NCBI GenBank assembly: GCA_963782055.1
Contig: CAWAIF010000003.1
Span: 3,552,001 to 3,616,000, forward strand
DNA length: 64,000 bases
From: an uncultured delta proteobacterium
GTDB taxonomy: Bacteria > Myxococcota_A > Polyangia > Polyangiales > Polyangiaceae
Direction: 5' to 3'
The notes beneath the pieces were generated by a model that did not search any database, was not told where the DNA came from, and saw nothing but the letters and a program-made list of their open reading frames with translations. This document shows, in pieces, positions 28,621-37,326 of this stretch (position 1 is its first letter; each line of letters begins with the position of its first letter). The position numbers were made by a program, and so were the translations under genes.

Positions 28621-28985
28621 GACTCACCCGCGGCGAGGGCGAGACGCGCGAGCCGGACCGCCTCGGCGGACTCCGCTTCGCGACCCTTTGCGAGGAGCCG
28701 CCTCGCCTCGGCCGGCGTGATCGAGCCGAGCACGTAGCGGCCAGTCGCGCGCTCGTAGTGCACACCCTCCGCCGGCGATCGGAGCCCCATGCGAGCGGCG
28801 ATCCGTGCGTGCTCCGGGCTCTTTGTCGAGGGTCTGGGCTTCGTCGCGAGGATCTTCTTCGCCTGCTCCCTCGAGATCGGGCCCAGGGTGAAGAGGCCTC
28901 CCGCGAATGTCGAGACGGGCGCCTCGCCGTGGAAGACGCCCATGCGCCGATCGATCTCCTGCTGTTCTGCGGTCCGCTTCTTCAT
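28617..28985 (-). CDS. Hypothetical protein with a short internal repeat
   Basis: ATGA-coupled; IDRRMG...LGPISREQAKKILA and IAARMG...LGSITPAEARRLLA. Confidence 0.55.
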   Translation of the reverse strand: MKKRTAEQQEIDRRMGVFHGEAPVSTFAGGLFTLGPISREQAKKILATKPRPSTKSPEHARIAARMGLRSPAEGVHYERATGRYVLGSITPAEARRLLAKGREAESAEAVRLARLALAAGES

Positions 28986-29782
28986 CGGAGCAACTCCCTC
29001 TCCGCGCTGGTGCGCTTGAGATCCAAGGCCGCAACCTCGGAGTCATCCGCCGGCGCCTGGCGCCTCCCGCGCGGCGGCGCGGGGGCCTTAGGGGCGCGTG
29101 CAGCCTTTTTCGCCTCGGCCTTCTTCGCGATGAGCGCGGCCTCAGCGTCGCGGGCCGCGGCGTACCCATCGACGCGGCACACGCGCGAGCGCAGCGACTC
29201 TCCGCGAGCGCGCACGATCTCGGGGTCGATCGAAGCGTGGAGCCGAACGACTGCGCGCTCCACGGCTCGCTCGAGCTCCGCCACGGAGTCGCCGAACTCG
29301 AGCGGCCCGCAGGTCGAGCGCCCGACGCGGGCGATCAGGCTGTCCGCCAGCGGGCCCGCGTGGTCCGTCTCGTACTGCGTGAACGCCGGCGACCCGTGCA
29401 TCGCGACCCTCTCGTCGCCGTGCGCCGCCGCTGCAATCAGGTGCCACGCCGAGAGCTCGCCACCGAGTTCTTCGCGAGCGCGCCGGATGATCTCGCCGGC
29501 GTTCCGGATGACCTCCGCCCAGCTCGCGCGCTTGCCGTCGCACGCGGCGATCGCGTCGCGCCAGTCGGAGACGAGCGAGAGAATTTCGGCCTCCTGCCGC
29601 GCGCGGGCCGCGGCGGCGGCGGCCTCGGCGTCTTTGATCCGGGCGGAGTGCTCGCTCGTCATTGCGAGCCGCGCCGCCCGGTGGACGTGGTCGAGTGCGG
29701 AGAGCTCGTCCAGGCACGAGCGGGTGAGGTCGTCCAGCGCGCGAGCGCGTTCGGCGTGCGAGGTGTGGGTCACGTCGGTCAT
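28982..29782 (-). CDS. Hypothetical helical protein (266 aa)
   Basis: ATG at 29782 overlaps the upstream stop; Ala/Arg-rich helical composition. Confidence 0.55.
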   Translation of the reverse strand: MTDVTHTSHAERARALDDLTRSCLDELSALDHVHRAARLAMTSEHSARIKDAEAAAAAARARQEAEILSLVSDWRDAIAACDGKRASWAEVIRNAGEIIRRAREELGGELSAWHLIAAAAHGDERVAMHGSPAFTQYETDHAGPLADSLIARVGRSTCGPLEFGDSVAELERAVERAVVRLHASIDPEIVRARGESLRSRVCRVDGYAAARDAEAALIAKKAEAKKAARAPKAPAPPRGRRQAPADDSEVAALDLKRTSAERELLR

Positions 29783-30030
29783 GCGGACACCCTGCTCCCG
29801 TCGGAGTCTACAGTTGTGGAATTCGTCGGAGGCGCGAGCCACGACGCGGGCGCGATGGCGTACACCTCGGCGAGGCGAACGGCGACGCGGAGCCCGGGCA
29901 GTCGCGTCCCCGCGAGAAGGGAGTAGAGGGTCGCGCGCTTGATCCGTGTGTGGTGCAGGACGAGCGTCAAGCCGTCGCGCGCGACCACGGCGGCGAGCGC
30001 CTCACGGCCTGCACTTCGCGCGGGGGTCAC
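29779..30030 (-). CDS. Cro/XRE-like HTH protein
   Basis: GTGA-coupled start; IKRATLYSLLAGTRLPGLRVAVRLAEVYAIAPASW. Confidence 0.55.
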   Translation of the reverse strand: MTPARSAGREALAAVVARDGLTLVLHHTRIKRATLYSLLAGTRLPGLRVAVRLAEVYAIAPASWLAPPTNSTTVDSDGSRVSA

Positions 30031-30191
30031 GGCTCGTTGCCCTCCGGCGCGGGCGCCGGCGCGCGCGAGGGCTCCGCGGCGGGGCGCGGGGCTCCGCACG
30101 TGGGGCACCGCCCCTTCTTGCGGGCGAGCTCCGCCAGTAGGCGCCTCGCGAGCGACGCCGCCGGCGAGCTCGGGGCTTCGGGCGCCCTCAC
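30027..30191 (-). CDS. Small hypothetical protein with CPTCG motif (54 aa)
   Basis: GTGA overlaps at both ends within the coupled operon. Confidence 0.4.
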   Translation of the reverse strand: MRAPEAPSSPAASLARRLLAELARKKGRCPTCGAPRPAAEPSRAPAPAPEGNEP

Positions 30192-30772
30192 GGCTTCATG
30201 CCCTCCAGCGCCGCAGCAACGGCCCCCATCGCCTCCGGGTAAGGCTCGAGCGCATCGCCGATCGCGACCTGGATCCTCGCAAACGTGGGCGTGCTCAAGA
30301 TCCGCCGATCGAGTGCGGCGCCGTCGATCTTGTCCAGGATGGCCAGCGACGCGCAGCACGAAGAGACGACGCGCGCGCGGGCGGACGGAGGCAGGCCCGC
30401 GGCTCCCTTGGCCCGGAGCGCCCCTAGCAGCCCGGCGATCGTCTTCCGGAGCTCGCTAGCCACCTCGTCCACGTCGAGCGCGTCGGAGTCGCTCTCGCCC
30501 ACCGAAGGAGGGTCACCCTCCTTTTCCCTGCGCGGCGGGGCCTGGCTGGCCTCAGGGAGCGCCGGGCCGCACGCCTGGTCCCAGGCGCCCACCGGGATGG
30601 CGTAAGCGGCCTCAAGGGCCCGCCTGGCGGCCGCGCCGGGCCTGCTCCGGCACTTCGTCCAGTGGTGCGCCGAGGTGACGGAGGCGCCCGCCGCCGTCGC
30701 GATTTCCTCGAGGGTGAGGCCAAGCCGGGAGAGCAGATCGGCGCCGAGGTTGGCCTTGTCGTGTCGGGTCAT
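30188..30772 (-). CDS. HTH-containing protein, possible small-terminase-like
   Basis: ATG at 30772; N-terminal HTH (LTLEEIATAAGASVTSAHHW...RPG); C-terminal ILSTPTFARIQVAIGDALEPYPEAMGAVAAAL. Confidence 0.55.
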   Translation of the reverse strand: MTRHDKANLGADLLSRLGLTLEEIATAAGASVTSAHHWTKCRSRPGAAARRALEAAYAIPVGAWDQACGPALPEASQAPPRREKEGDPPSVGESDSDALDVDEVASELRKTIAGLLGALRAKGAAGLPPSARARVVSSCCASLAILDKIDGAALDRRILSTPTFARIQVAIGDALEPYPEAMGAVAAALEGMKP

Positions 30773-30908
30773 GTCGTTTTCACCTGTGAAGGTTTGAGTT
30801 TTCGGAAGCGGCCAGTTCCACGCGACGCACCCCCCGGTGTTGTGCTCCCCACCACTGTTGAAGGGGGGGTCATGGTCACCAGGGCGGGCCACGGCGGCGC
30901 AGTCGAAG

Positions 30909-31081
30909 CGTGGGCGCGTGGGCAACGTGGGTACCCACGCCGTGTGCCCACCCGTCCACGCCCCAAGCGTGGGCGTGGGCACGCAGGGGGGGTAACCCCC
31001 GCAGGCCTGTCGCTCCCCTGGCACTGTTTGTGAGGGGGGGTGCATGGGCTCGTGCTGCCCCTCTGCTCTGCCCACGTTGCC
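30909..31081. repeat. Iteron-like CGTGGG/CCCACG cluster
   Basis: CGTGGG at 30909, 30917, 30926, 30968, 30974; inverted copies at 30934 and 31071; GGGGGGGTAACCCCC near-palindrome at 30986..31000. Confidence 0.55.
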
Positions 31082-31138
31082 CTGTGCGGGCCTCGCTCGA
31101 GGGGGGCGGGCCGGCGTGCATGGTGGGGGCAGGCCAGC

Positions 31139-32395
31139 TCACGGCCGCGCCTCGTGGGTTGAGTCCTCGGTGGCGGCAGTCCCGCTCTCCACACACCCCT
31201 CAGAGGTTGACGACGGACTGGACTCCTTAAGGCTGGAGTCCGAGTCCTCCGTCAAACCAGCCGGACTCAGTCCGCCGTTAGTCCTCGGTGAGTCCTTCAG
31301 TCCTCCGTCAACGCGAGGGGCAGCGCCCGGACGGAACTCGGACGAGCGGCCGACCTTGGCGCGGTGGATCTCGCCGGCCTCGATGGCCCCCTGGACAGCG
31401 AGGGCCACCGTGGACTTCATGGCGCGGACGGCCATCCGGATCGCGTCGACGCTGGCCAGGGGGGCACCGTTGGCGCAGGCGCGCGCGACGGCGGCTACCA
31501 CCTTGGGCTGGACCACTCGCAGGGCGGCGGCCTCCTGGGCGGCGGCCTTCTCAGCCCGAACGTGCTCGATGCGCTCGGCGCTGAAGAGCTTGATGGCCAG
31601 CCCGCTCTTCGGCCCGAAGTCGCCGGGCACGTCCTGGATCTCGACGTTCAGATCGTCCACGAGCTCGCCGTGCTCGCGGGCCTTCTCGCAGGCGATCTTG
31701 ATGGGCTCGCCCTTCTGCGCGGTGAACACGTAGATCGCGTCGCAGCCGTCGTAGAAGCCGGAAGATCCACGGATGGTGAACTTGGCGCCGGCGTCGTCTT
31801 GCTGGGGCTTGCGCGCGTGGTGGATGACGATGGCGCGGCACCCGGTTTCCTCGGAGAGAGAGCCGAGCAGGTCCAGCGAGCGACGCACCTCCGAGCTGTT
31901 CTCGTCCACGTCAGGGCACGCCGCGCGCCATGAGTCGATGACGATGAGCGCGCGCCCCTTCATGAGCGACACCCACCGATCGCGGTGCTCGGCGACGAGC
32001 CGCAGATCGGGCCGTGACGCGACGACGATGCGATCGCCGAGCTCGGCGAGGTCGATGCCCATGGCGTGGGCCAGGCGCTTGTAGCGGCGCTTCGTGAGAC
32101 GCACGCCTTGCTCGAGGTCGGCGTGCACAACATCCGCCGCCGTGCACCTGAGCCCGCCCCACGCGGCGCGGCCCGCGGCCATGGCGAGCACGAGGGCTTG
32201 CGCCAGCATCGTCTTTCCGGAGAAGCCGTAGCCCGCGAACATGTGCGGCGCTCCGCTGCCCGCGGTCATGCCGAGGGCTTCGACGATGTACTCGAGCGGC
32301 GGATCGTCGGTCGCGAGCGCGGGGCCGTTGAGCAGGACGATCGCGTTCGGATCCGGCGCGGCCGGCTTGCCCTCGAGGCTGATCACGTTGCTCAC
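31139..32395 (-). CDS. RepA/AAA_25-type (RecA/DnaB-like) replicative helicase
   Basis: GTG at 32395 overlapping the primase stop; Walker A GYGFSGKT, ADLEQG, LIVIDS, IHHARK, IRGSSG. Confidence 0.8.
   Translation of the reverse strand: MSNVISLEGKPAAPDPNAIVLLNGPALATDDPPLEYIVEALGMTAGSGAPHMFAGYGFSGKTMLAQALVLAMAAGRAAWGGLRCTAADVVHADLEQGVRLTKRRYKRLAHAMGIDLAELGDRIVVASRPDLRLVAEHRDRWVSLMKGRALIVIDSWRAACPDVDENSSEVRRSLDLLGSLSEETGCRAIVIHHARKPQQDDAGAKFTIRGSSGFYDGCDAIYVFTAQKGEPIKIACEKAREHGELVDDLNVEIQDVPGDFGPKSGLAIKLFSAERIEHVRAEKAAAQEAAALRVVQPKVVAAVARACANGAPLASVDAIRMAVRAMKSTVALAVQGAIEAGEIHRAKVGRSSEFRPGAAPRVDGGLKDSPRTNGGLSPAGLTEDSDSSLKESSPSSTSEGCVESGTAATEDSTHEARP
31162..31303. repeat. Iteron-like AGTCC/GGACT cluster at the helicase 3' end (candidate replication origin)
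   Basis: 11 copies in about 140 bp, both orientations, around CCTTAAGG at 31225..31232. Confidence 0.6.
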
Positions 32396-33297
32396 GATGC
32401 GCTCCGGTTCTGTAGGGGTCGCAGATCGGAACGCTTCCGCGCGCCGTCCAGCTTGTGCGCGAGCTCGCCTTCGCTCCACGGCGGCTTGCATCGGATGTTG
32501 AACTCGGCGAGCAGCGCCTCTTGCTCGGCGTGGCTGTCGACGTTCGCGACGATGACGCACGCGGCGCGAAAGGTGGCCTTGTGCCCTCCGGAGCCAGAGA
32601 CGGCCGGATCCATCGCAGCGAGGTACGCGCGCACGCGGTCCAGGGTCGGCGTCCGGCCGATCGTGGCCTGGGCCCTGGCGAGCATGGCTCGCGCTTCGGC
32701 CTCGAGCTCGGCGGCGGTGACGAGTGCGGCGTCGACGTCGAAGGGCCGGCCGTCGCTCGCGTAGCACTCCCAATGCCCGCCCGGCCGAACGCAGGGCAGG
32801 TACCAGAGCCGGCACGGATCCACCGCGCTCGAGTCGAGGGGAGCGCCAGCGTCCCGAAGGTTCGCGTGCACGTTGCCGATGTAGCGCGCGTGCTCGTCGC
32901 CCGTGGCGGGCCTGGACAGCGCCACGATCGCGCGCCAGCGGGGCGCCTCCACCGTGCTCGAGAACGTCGTGTAGACGACGTGGCGGTAGCCGCTGAGGAG
33001 CGCGTGAGCCCTCGCCACCGGCATCCCGGTTTCGTCGCCGTCGAGCCCCAGGGCGGTGACGCGGGCCACGTTGGCTTCGCAGCGCGGGCCGTTCAGCTCG
33101 GCGAGGCAGAAGGCGCCGTGCTCTTCCTTCGCGGTCGCGCGCACGGGGTTGCCGATCCACCGGAGGAGCCCGTCCCAGTCTTCTCCGTCGACCCAGATCC
33201 CACGGGGCTTCGGAATGCCGTTGGCCCACTGGCCTTCGGGGGTCCTGGCGAGCTTGCCGCCGAACCAAAGGCGCTCGGGAGGGTAGAGCGTGATCAT
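32392..33297 (-). CDS. Primase-like protein (AEP/prim-pol type with C-terminal helical domain)
   Basis: LGLDGDE, YTTFSST, PRWRAIVALSRP, DPCRLWYLP, PAVSGSGGHKATF...FNIRCKPPWSEGEL. Confidence 0.7.
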   Translation of the reverse strand: MITLYPPERLWFGGKLARTPEGQWANGIPKPRGIWVDGEDWDGLLRWIGNPVRATAKEEHGAFCLAELNGPRCEANVARVTALGLDGDETGMPVARAHALLSGYRHVVYTTFSSTVEAPRWRAIVALSRPATGDEHARYIGNVHANLRDAGAPLDSSAVDPCRLWYLPCVRPGGHWECYASDGRPFDVDAALVTAAELEAEARAMLARAQATIGRTPTLDRVRAYLAAMDPAVSGSGGHKATFRAACVIVANVDSHAEQEALLAEFNIRCKPPWSEGELAHKLDGARKRSDLRPLQNRSAS

Positions 33298-33641
33298 GCT
33301 GCTCCCAGGGCCGGAGGCAGGTGGATCCACGTCCGCGTTCTGCCGCTCGCGTGGCAGTGCACGACGATCGCGCCGCACCGGGGATCGTGAGCCCTGACGA
33401 GCGCGGCCTGGCGCCGATAGTCGAAGCGCTCGAGGACGCCGGCCACGGCCTCCAGGTTGCCGACGAGCATCTGATCGTCAACGACGAGCGCGGCGTCTGC
33501 ACCGTGTGCGAGGGCGGCCTCTCCAGCGGCGAGGAGCGCGGGGTCGTTGCAGGGTGTGGAGTCGTCGGCTAGATTTCTCACGTTCGTTCCGTTCTCTCGA
33601 GGCGCCGCGCTTTCCTTGCTGGGGGTCGCGGCGTCTCCCAT
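33294..33641 (-). CDS. Hypothetical protein
   Basis: ATGA-coupled to the primase gene. Confidence 0.45.
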   Translation of the reverse strand: MGDAATPSKESAAPRENGTNVRNLADDSTPCNDPALLAAGEAALAHGADAALVVDDQMLVGNLEAVAGVLERFDYRRQAALVRAHDPRCGAIVVHCHASGRTRTWIHLPPALGAA

Positions 33642-33648
33642 TTCGGGG

Positions 33649-33825
33649 TCAGCGTTTCGCGCGCTTCCGGAAGCCCATCTTTTCGAGCAGCGCGTCACCG
33701 GAGGCGCGCGCCTTGTCCGCGTCGAGGCGCCGCGCGCGGCGGGCTCCGATCGTCGTGGGCTGCAGACGAGCGGCGACGAGCTCGGCCACGCGCTCGGCGA
33801 GGGCTTCCAGCTCGGCCGGCGTCAC
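33649..33825 (-). CDS. 58-aa protein MTPAELEALAERVAELVAARLQ...GFRKRAKR (below ORF-track cutoff)
   Basis: GTGA-coupled to the upstream ORF; amphipathic N-terminal helix of a kind common in small phage DNA-binding proteins. Confidence 0.5.
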   Translation of the reverse strand: MTPAELEALAERVAELVAARLQPTTIGARRARRLDADKARASGDALLEKMGFRKRAKR

Positions 33826-34013
33826 GAGCGGCCACCCGGCAGGACTTCGAGCGTCCGCGGTCCGAGCACGATCCCGAGCTTCGCGGCCTGCTCGATGATG
33901 TCCTCACGAGCTCGCCGGACGCCGATGGCGTGCGCCCCTTGCTCGATGGCCTTGCGCGCCGTGGCGACGGCGACGCGAGCGTGTGCGGCGAGGAGAAGCA
34001 CCTGGTCAGGCAT
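33822..34013 (-). CDS. Small hypothetical protein, possibly DNA-binding
   Basis: First ORF of the replication operon; LAAHARVAVATARKAI looks HTH-like. Confidence 0.45.
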   Translation of the reverse strand: MPDQVLLLAAHARVAVATARKAIEQGAHAIGVRRAREDIIEQAAKLGIVLGPRTLEVLPGGRS

Positions 34014-34105
34014 GGGGTGGAAAACGATTCCCACGCTCGCCCATCGTTGCCACGCGTCTGCTCACACCTGCAGGTGTGCGAATCGCACCTATTACGTGAG
34101 CGATC

Positions 34106-34801
34106 TCACCCGCGGTTGCGGAAGTTCCAGACGCCTCGCGCGACTCCAGACGGGACACCGCACGTCAGCAGGAACTGCACGACCATCGTCTCGGCCATGT
34201 AGTAGTGCTCGCCCGGCTCGCCGCGTTGGCGCTTGCGTTTGAGCGTGGCCGTGAACGCGCGTTGCCACGCGTCGCCCTCGATCTTCGCTTCCGTCGTGTG
34301 CTCCGCGACGAGTGCCCGAAGGTTCGGCGCCCCGTACAGCACGAGCACGGTGAGGGTGCGCGCGATCTCGTCGGTAGGGCGGCCCATCTCCAGGTGCTCT
34401 ACAAGCACGCGGTGGACGTCTTCCAGGTCGTCTTTCCGCTCTTGCGCGATCTGCGGCGGGTACTTGTGAGCGCTCTTCAGGTGCAGCGCGGCACGGTTCG
34501 CCAGGCCGTGCACGGCCTTCGCGTCGCCCTCGCGAAGAACCGTCAGCACGCGGGCCACGTCGACAGCGTGCGCGCGCGCCTGGGGGTCCACCGTGGCCTT
34601 CGCGATGAAGGTCCACATGGCAAAGAGATCCCCGAGTCGGCGCGTAGCCACCGCCAGCGTCTCGGGCGAGCCCCAAGGCAAGTGCCCATCGTCGGCGCGC
34701 AGCTCTTCCACGACCGGAGGAGGCGCGGGGCGAGGTACCGCACGCGGCCGCGTCGGCGCTCTCCGTCCGGCCGGGGTCGCCGTCGCTTTCTTCGTCGCCA
34801 T
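34106..34801 (-). CDS. Hypothetical protein (231 aa)
   Basis: ATG 4 nt after the stop of the detached integrase C-terminal segment. Confidence 0.55.
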   Translation of the reverse strand: MATKKATATPAGRRAPTRPRAVPRPAPPPVVEELRADDGHLPWGSPETLAVATRRLGDLFAMWTFIAKATVDPQARAHAVDVARVLTVLREGDAKAVHGLANRAALHLKSAHKYPPQIAQERKDDLEDVHRVLVEHLEMGRPTDEIARTLTVLVLYGAPNLRALVAEHTTEAKIEGDAWQRAFTATLKRKRQRGEPGEHYYMAETMVVQFLLTCGVPSGVARGVWNFRNRG

Positions 34802-34805
34802 GGGC

Positions 34806-35058
34806 CTACTCACGATCGCGCCTCCGCTCTGCCAGATCAACCACGTCCGCGCCGCCCTGGCCCGCGTCGTCGCCGCCCAGGAGCTCGCCTTCCCAGCGGT
34901 GCACGAGCTTGGCCAGCGCGACGTCTCGAGCAGCGAGCGCGGCGCCCTTCACGGCGGCGAGGGCGCGGTGTGCGTCGAGGCGCGGATCGGCGCCGGCTTG
35001 AATCGTCCTCGGGGACAAACTGCTTGGGAACTGTGCGGAATTATTGGGCTGACACGTT
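34806..35058 (-). other. Detached 3' segment of the integrase gene (in frame after excision)
   Basis: Joining at the att core gives ...SGTRDS-KTCQPNNSAQFPSSLSPRTIQ...VVDLAERRRDRE* with no stop. Confidence 0.75.
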
Positions 35059-35079
35059 TTCGAATCCCGTGTCCCGCTC
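35059..35079 (+). repeat. attR core (21 bp)
   Basis: Exact copy of 24639..24659. Confidence 0.92.
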
Positions 35080-35287
35080 CCCCAGGGAGGATGGCGTCAG
35101 GCTGGCGCGAGGCCTCCCTCGCTTGCTTCCCCTTCGTCCTCCCGCACTCGTGCATCGGCGCTGACGGGCGGCACACGCGGGGCGGATGCCGATGCACTCG
35201 TGCACTCGGATTCGAATCCCTTGCGCCGGCATCGGCCTCGCCGATGCCTGGAAACGGGCGGGGCGCGGGCCGGATGCGGACCCGGCC

Positions 35288-35854
35288 TCAGAAGCGGCCG
35301 GCGAGGCTCAGGAGGGCGCCGTTGCGGGTGGGGGTCAGCGAGGGCGTGATCGTGAGGGGCGGCGCGTGGTCGCGGGGGTGTCGGGCCCGAGCGAGGACGA
35401 AGGAGTCGACCGTGGTCGCGGCGAGGAAGCCCATCGCCGCGCCGATGCAGGGACCTTCGAAGAACATGTCGTTGAGGTTGTTGGGACGGATGACAAAGTC
35501 GATCGGGATGCCGATGGTGGCCGCCACGCCCACGATCCACCCGAAGCGCATGCCCAGGCTCCCGAGCGCCGTGAGATAGCGCTTGTGCAGCAGGTGGACG
35601 ACCGGGCCGGTGAAGAGGGCGAGCAATCCGATGGAGAGCATCGGCGCGTAGAAGGCGTAGGTGCCCTCGAGGCTGGGGACGGCGGCGACGACCGCGGTCA
35701 CCCACGTCGCCGTCGCCGCGACCGACGTGTCGGCCACGAGGATCTGCCAGCCGTACGCGCGCGTGTCGTCGCGGGGCGGATCGGCGCGCGCGGACCCCGC
35801 CGTGCACGCGACCATCAGAGCTGCGGAGAGCCCCACCCACCCCGCACGTCCCAT
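35288..35854 (-). CDS. Hypothetical membrane protein
   Basis: Signal peptide, YGWQILVAD, GPVVH, TM helices, C-terminal LSLAGRF. Confidence 0.6.
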   Translation of the reverse strand: MGRAGWVGLSAALMVACTAGSARADPPRDDTRAYGWQILVADTSVAATATWVTAVVAAVPSLEGTYAFYAPMLSIGLLALFTGPVVHLLHKRYLTALGSLGMRFGWIVGVAATIGIPIDFVIRPNNLNDMFFEGPCIGAAMGFLAATTVDSFVLARARHPRDHAPPLTITPSLTPTRNGALLSLAGRF

Positions 35855-36004
35855 CCCGAACCTTGACCTGCGCGGCGCCGAAGTGCCAGCGCCGCGGCGG
35901 GGCCCGGGAGATCCACGTCGGGATGGGGGCCGCCGGCATGGCCGAGGCCCGGAGGAGTGGCCGACGCTTGACGTTCCCCTGCCCCGTTCCTCATAACCTC
36001 CCCC

Positions 36005-36748
36005 ATGAAGAAGCTCGTCCTGCTCCGCCACGGCCAGAGCCAGTGGAACAAAGAGAACCGCTTCACCGGGTGGGTGGACATCCCGCTCAGCGAGGAGGGG
36101 CTCGCCGAGGCGCACGCCGCCGCCAAGCTGCTGCGCGAGGGCGGCTACGACTTCGACGTGGCGTACACCTCGGTCCTGAAGCGCGCCATCAAGACGCTCT
36201 GGGTCGTCCTCGAGGACAGCGACCGGATGTGGCTCCCCGTCATCCGGAGCTGGCGCCTCAACGAGCGGATGTACGGCGCCCTGCAAGGGCTGAACAAGGC
36301 GGAGACCGCCGCCAAGCACGGCGAGGCGCAGGTGCAGATCTGGAGGCGCAGCTACGACACGCCGCCCCCCGCGATGGAGGAGAGCGACGAGCGCTGGCCG
36401 GGGCGCGACCGGCGCTACGCCGGCCTCCCCAGGAGCGAGGTGCCGCGCACCGAGTGTCTGAAGGACACCGTCGCGCGCTTCCTTCCCTTCTGGGAGAGCG
36501 ACATCGCCCCCGCCATCCGCCGCGGCGAGCGCGTGCTCATCGCCGCGCACGGCAACAGCCTGCGCGCGCTGGTCAAGCACCTGGACAAGGTGGGCGATCA
36601 GGAGATCGTCGGCCTGAACATCCCGACGGGCATCCCCCTCGTCTACGAGCTGAACGACGACCTCACCCCGATCAAGCACTACTACCTGGGCGATCCGGAG
36701 GCGGCGAAGCGCGCGGCGGAGGCCGTCGCGGGGCAGGTCAAGGGCTGA
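36005..36748 (+). CDS. gpmA: 2,3-bisphosphoglycerate-dependent phosphoglycerate mutase
   Basis: [48 protein letters not shown]. Confidence 0.96.
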   Translation: MKKLVLLRHGQSQWNKENRFTGWVDIPLSEEGLAEAHAAAKLLREGGYDFDVAYTSVLKRAIKTLWVVLEDSDRMWLPVIRSWRLNERMYGALQGLNKAETAAKHGEAQVQIWRRSYDTPPPAMEESDERWPGRDRRYAGLPRSEVPRTECLKDTVARFLPFWESDIAPAIRRGERVLIAAHGNSLRALVKHLDKVGDQEIVGLNIPTGIPLVYELNDDLTPIKHYYLGDPEAAKRAAEAVAGQVKG

Positions 36749-36812
36749 CGACCGCCCGCGCGCGGCGCGGAGACCTTTGCGATGCGCCCCCGTGGGTGGC
36801 ATTCTTTCGCCG

Positions 36813-37322
36813 ATGCGCCTCGACGCCGCTCGCCGCGGGGGCTTCTCGATACCGCTCGCCGCGGGGGCGCCGCGGTGGCTTCTCCTCGCCGCCGCGCTGC
36901 TGCTGTCCTGCTCGAGCGACCCCGCCGCGCCGCCGAAGCCGGCCGCGTTCTGCGCGAGCGATCCGCGCGTCGCGGATTTCTCCCTGGGACTGCAGGCGGT
37001 CTGCCCCGACGGCAAGCTGCAGATCAGCATCGACTCGGCGGCTCCCGACCCGGTGATCCAGGGCGTCAACGACTGGGTGATCTCGGTGCGCGACGGCGCC
37101 GGTCAGCCCGTCGACGGCGCCACCATCGACGTCAAGCCGACGATGCCCGACCACGGCCACGGCAGCCCCACGCGCACCACCGTCACGCCCAGGGGCGGCG
37201 GGCAGTACGCGCTGGACGGCATCAACCTCTCCATGCGAGGCGTGTGGCTCATCACCCTCGACGTCACCGCCGGGCCCGTCACCGACACCGCGACCTACAC
37301 CTTCTGCGTCGACGGCAGCTGA
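36813..37322 (+). CDS. YtkA/FixH-like lipoprotein
   Basis: LLSC lipobox; PTMPDHGHG and LSMRGVW motifs. Confidence 0.7.
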   Translation: MRLDAARRGGFSIPLAAGAPRWLLLAAALLLSCSSDPAAPPKPAAFCASDPRVADFSLGLQAVCPDGKLQISIDSAAPDPVIQGVNDWVISVRDGAGQPVDGATIDVKPTMPDHGHGSPTRTTVTPRGGGQYALDGINLSMRGVWLITLDVTAGPVTDTATYTFCVDGS

Positions 37323-37326
37323 GCGC

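Larger units (their letters stand above)
24639..35079. mobile_element. ~10.4 kb integrated element (phage-satellite/PICI-like or integrative plasmid) in tRNA-Gly
   Basis: Flanking 21-bp direct repeats; tyrosine integrase next to the tRNA; HTH/RHH regulators; primase plus AAA helicase; many small coupled ORFs; no recognisable capsid or tail genes. Confidence 0.88.

Noticed and set aside
31139..33502. 787-aa ORF as a primase-helicase fusion
   Set aside because: Its N-terminal 369 codons are an alternate frame of the primase gene; the helicase has its own GTG at 32395 overlapping the primase stop
35022..35030. Inverted 9-nt match to the tRNA-Gly anticodon loop near attR
   Set aside because: Too short to distinguish from chance
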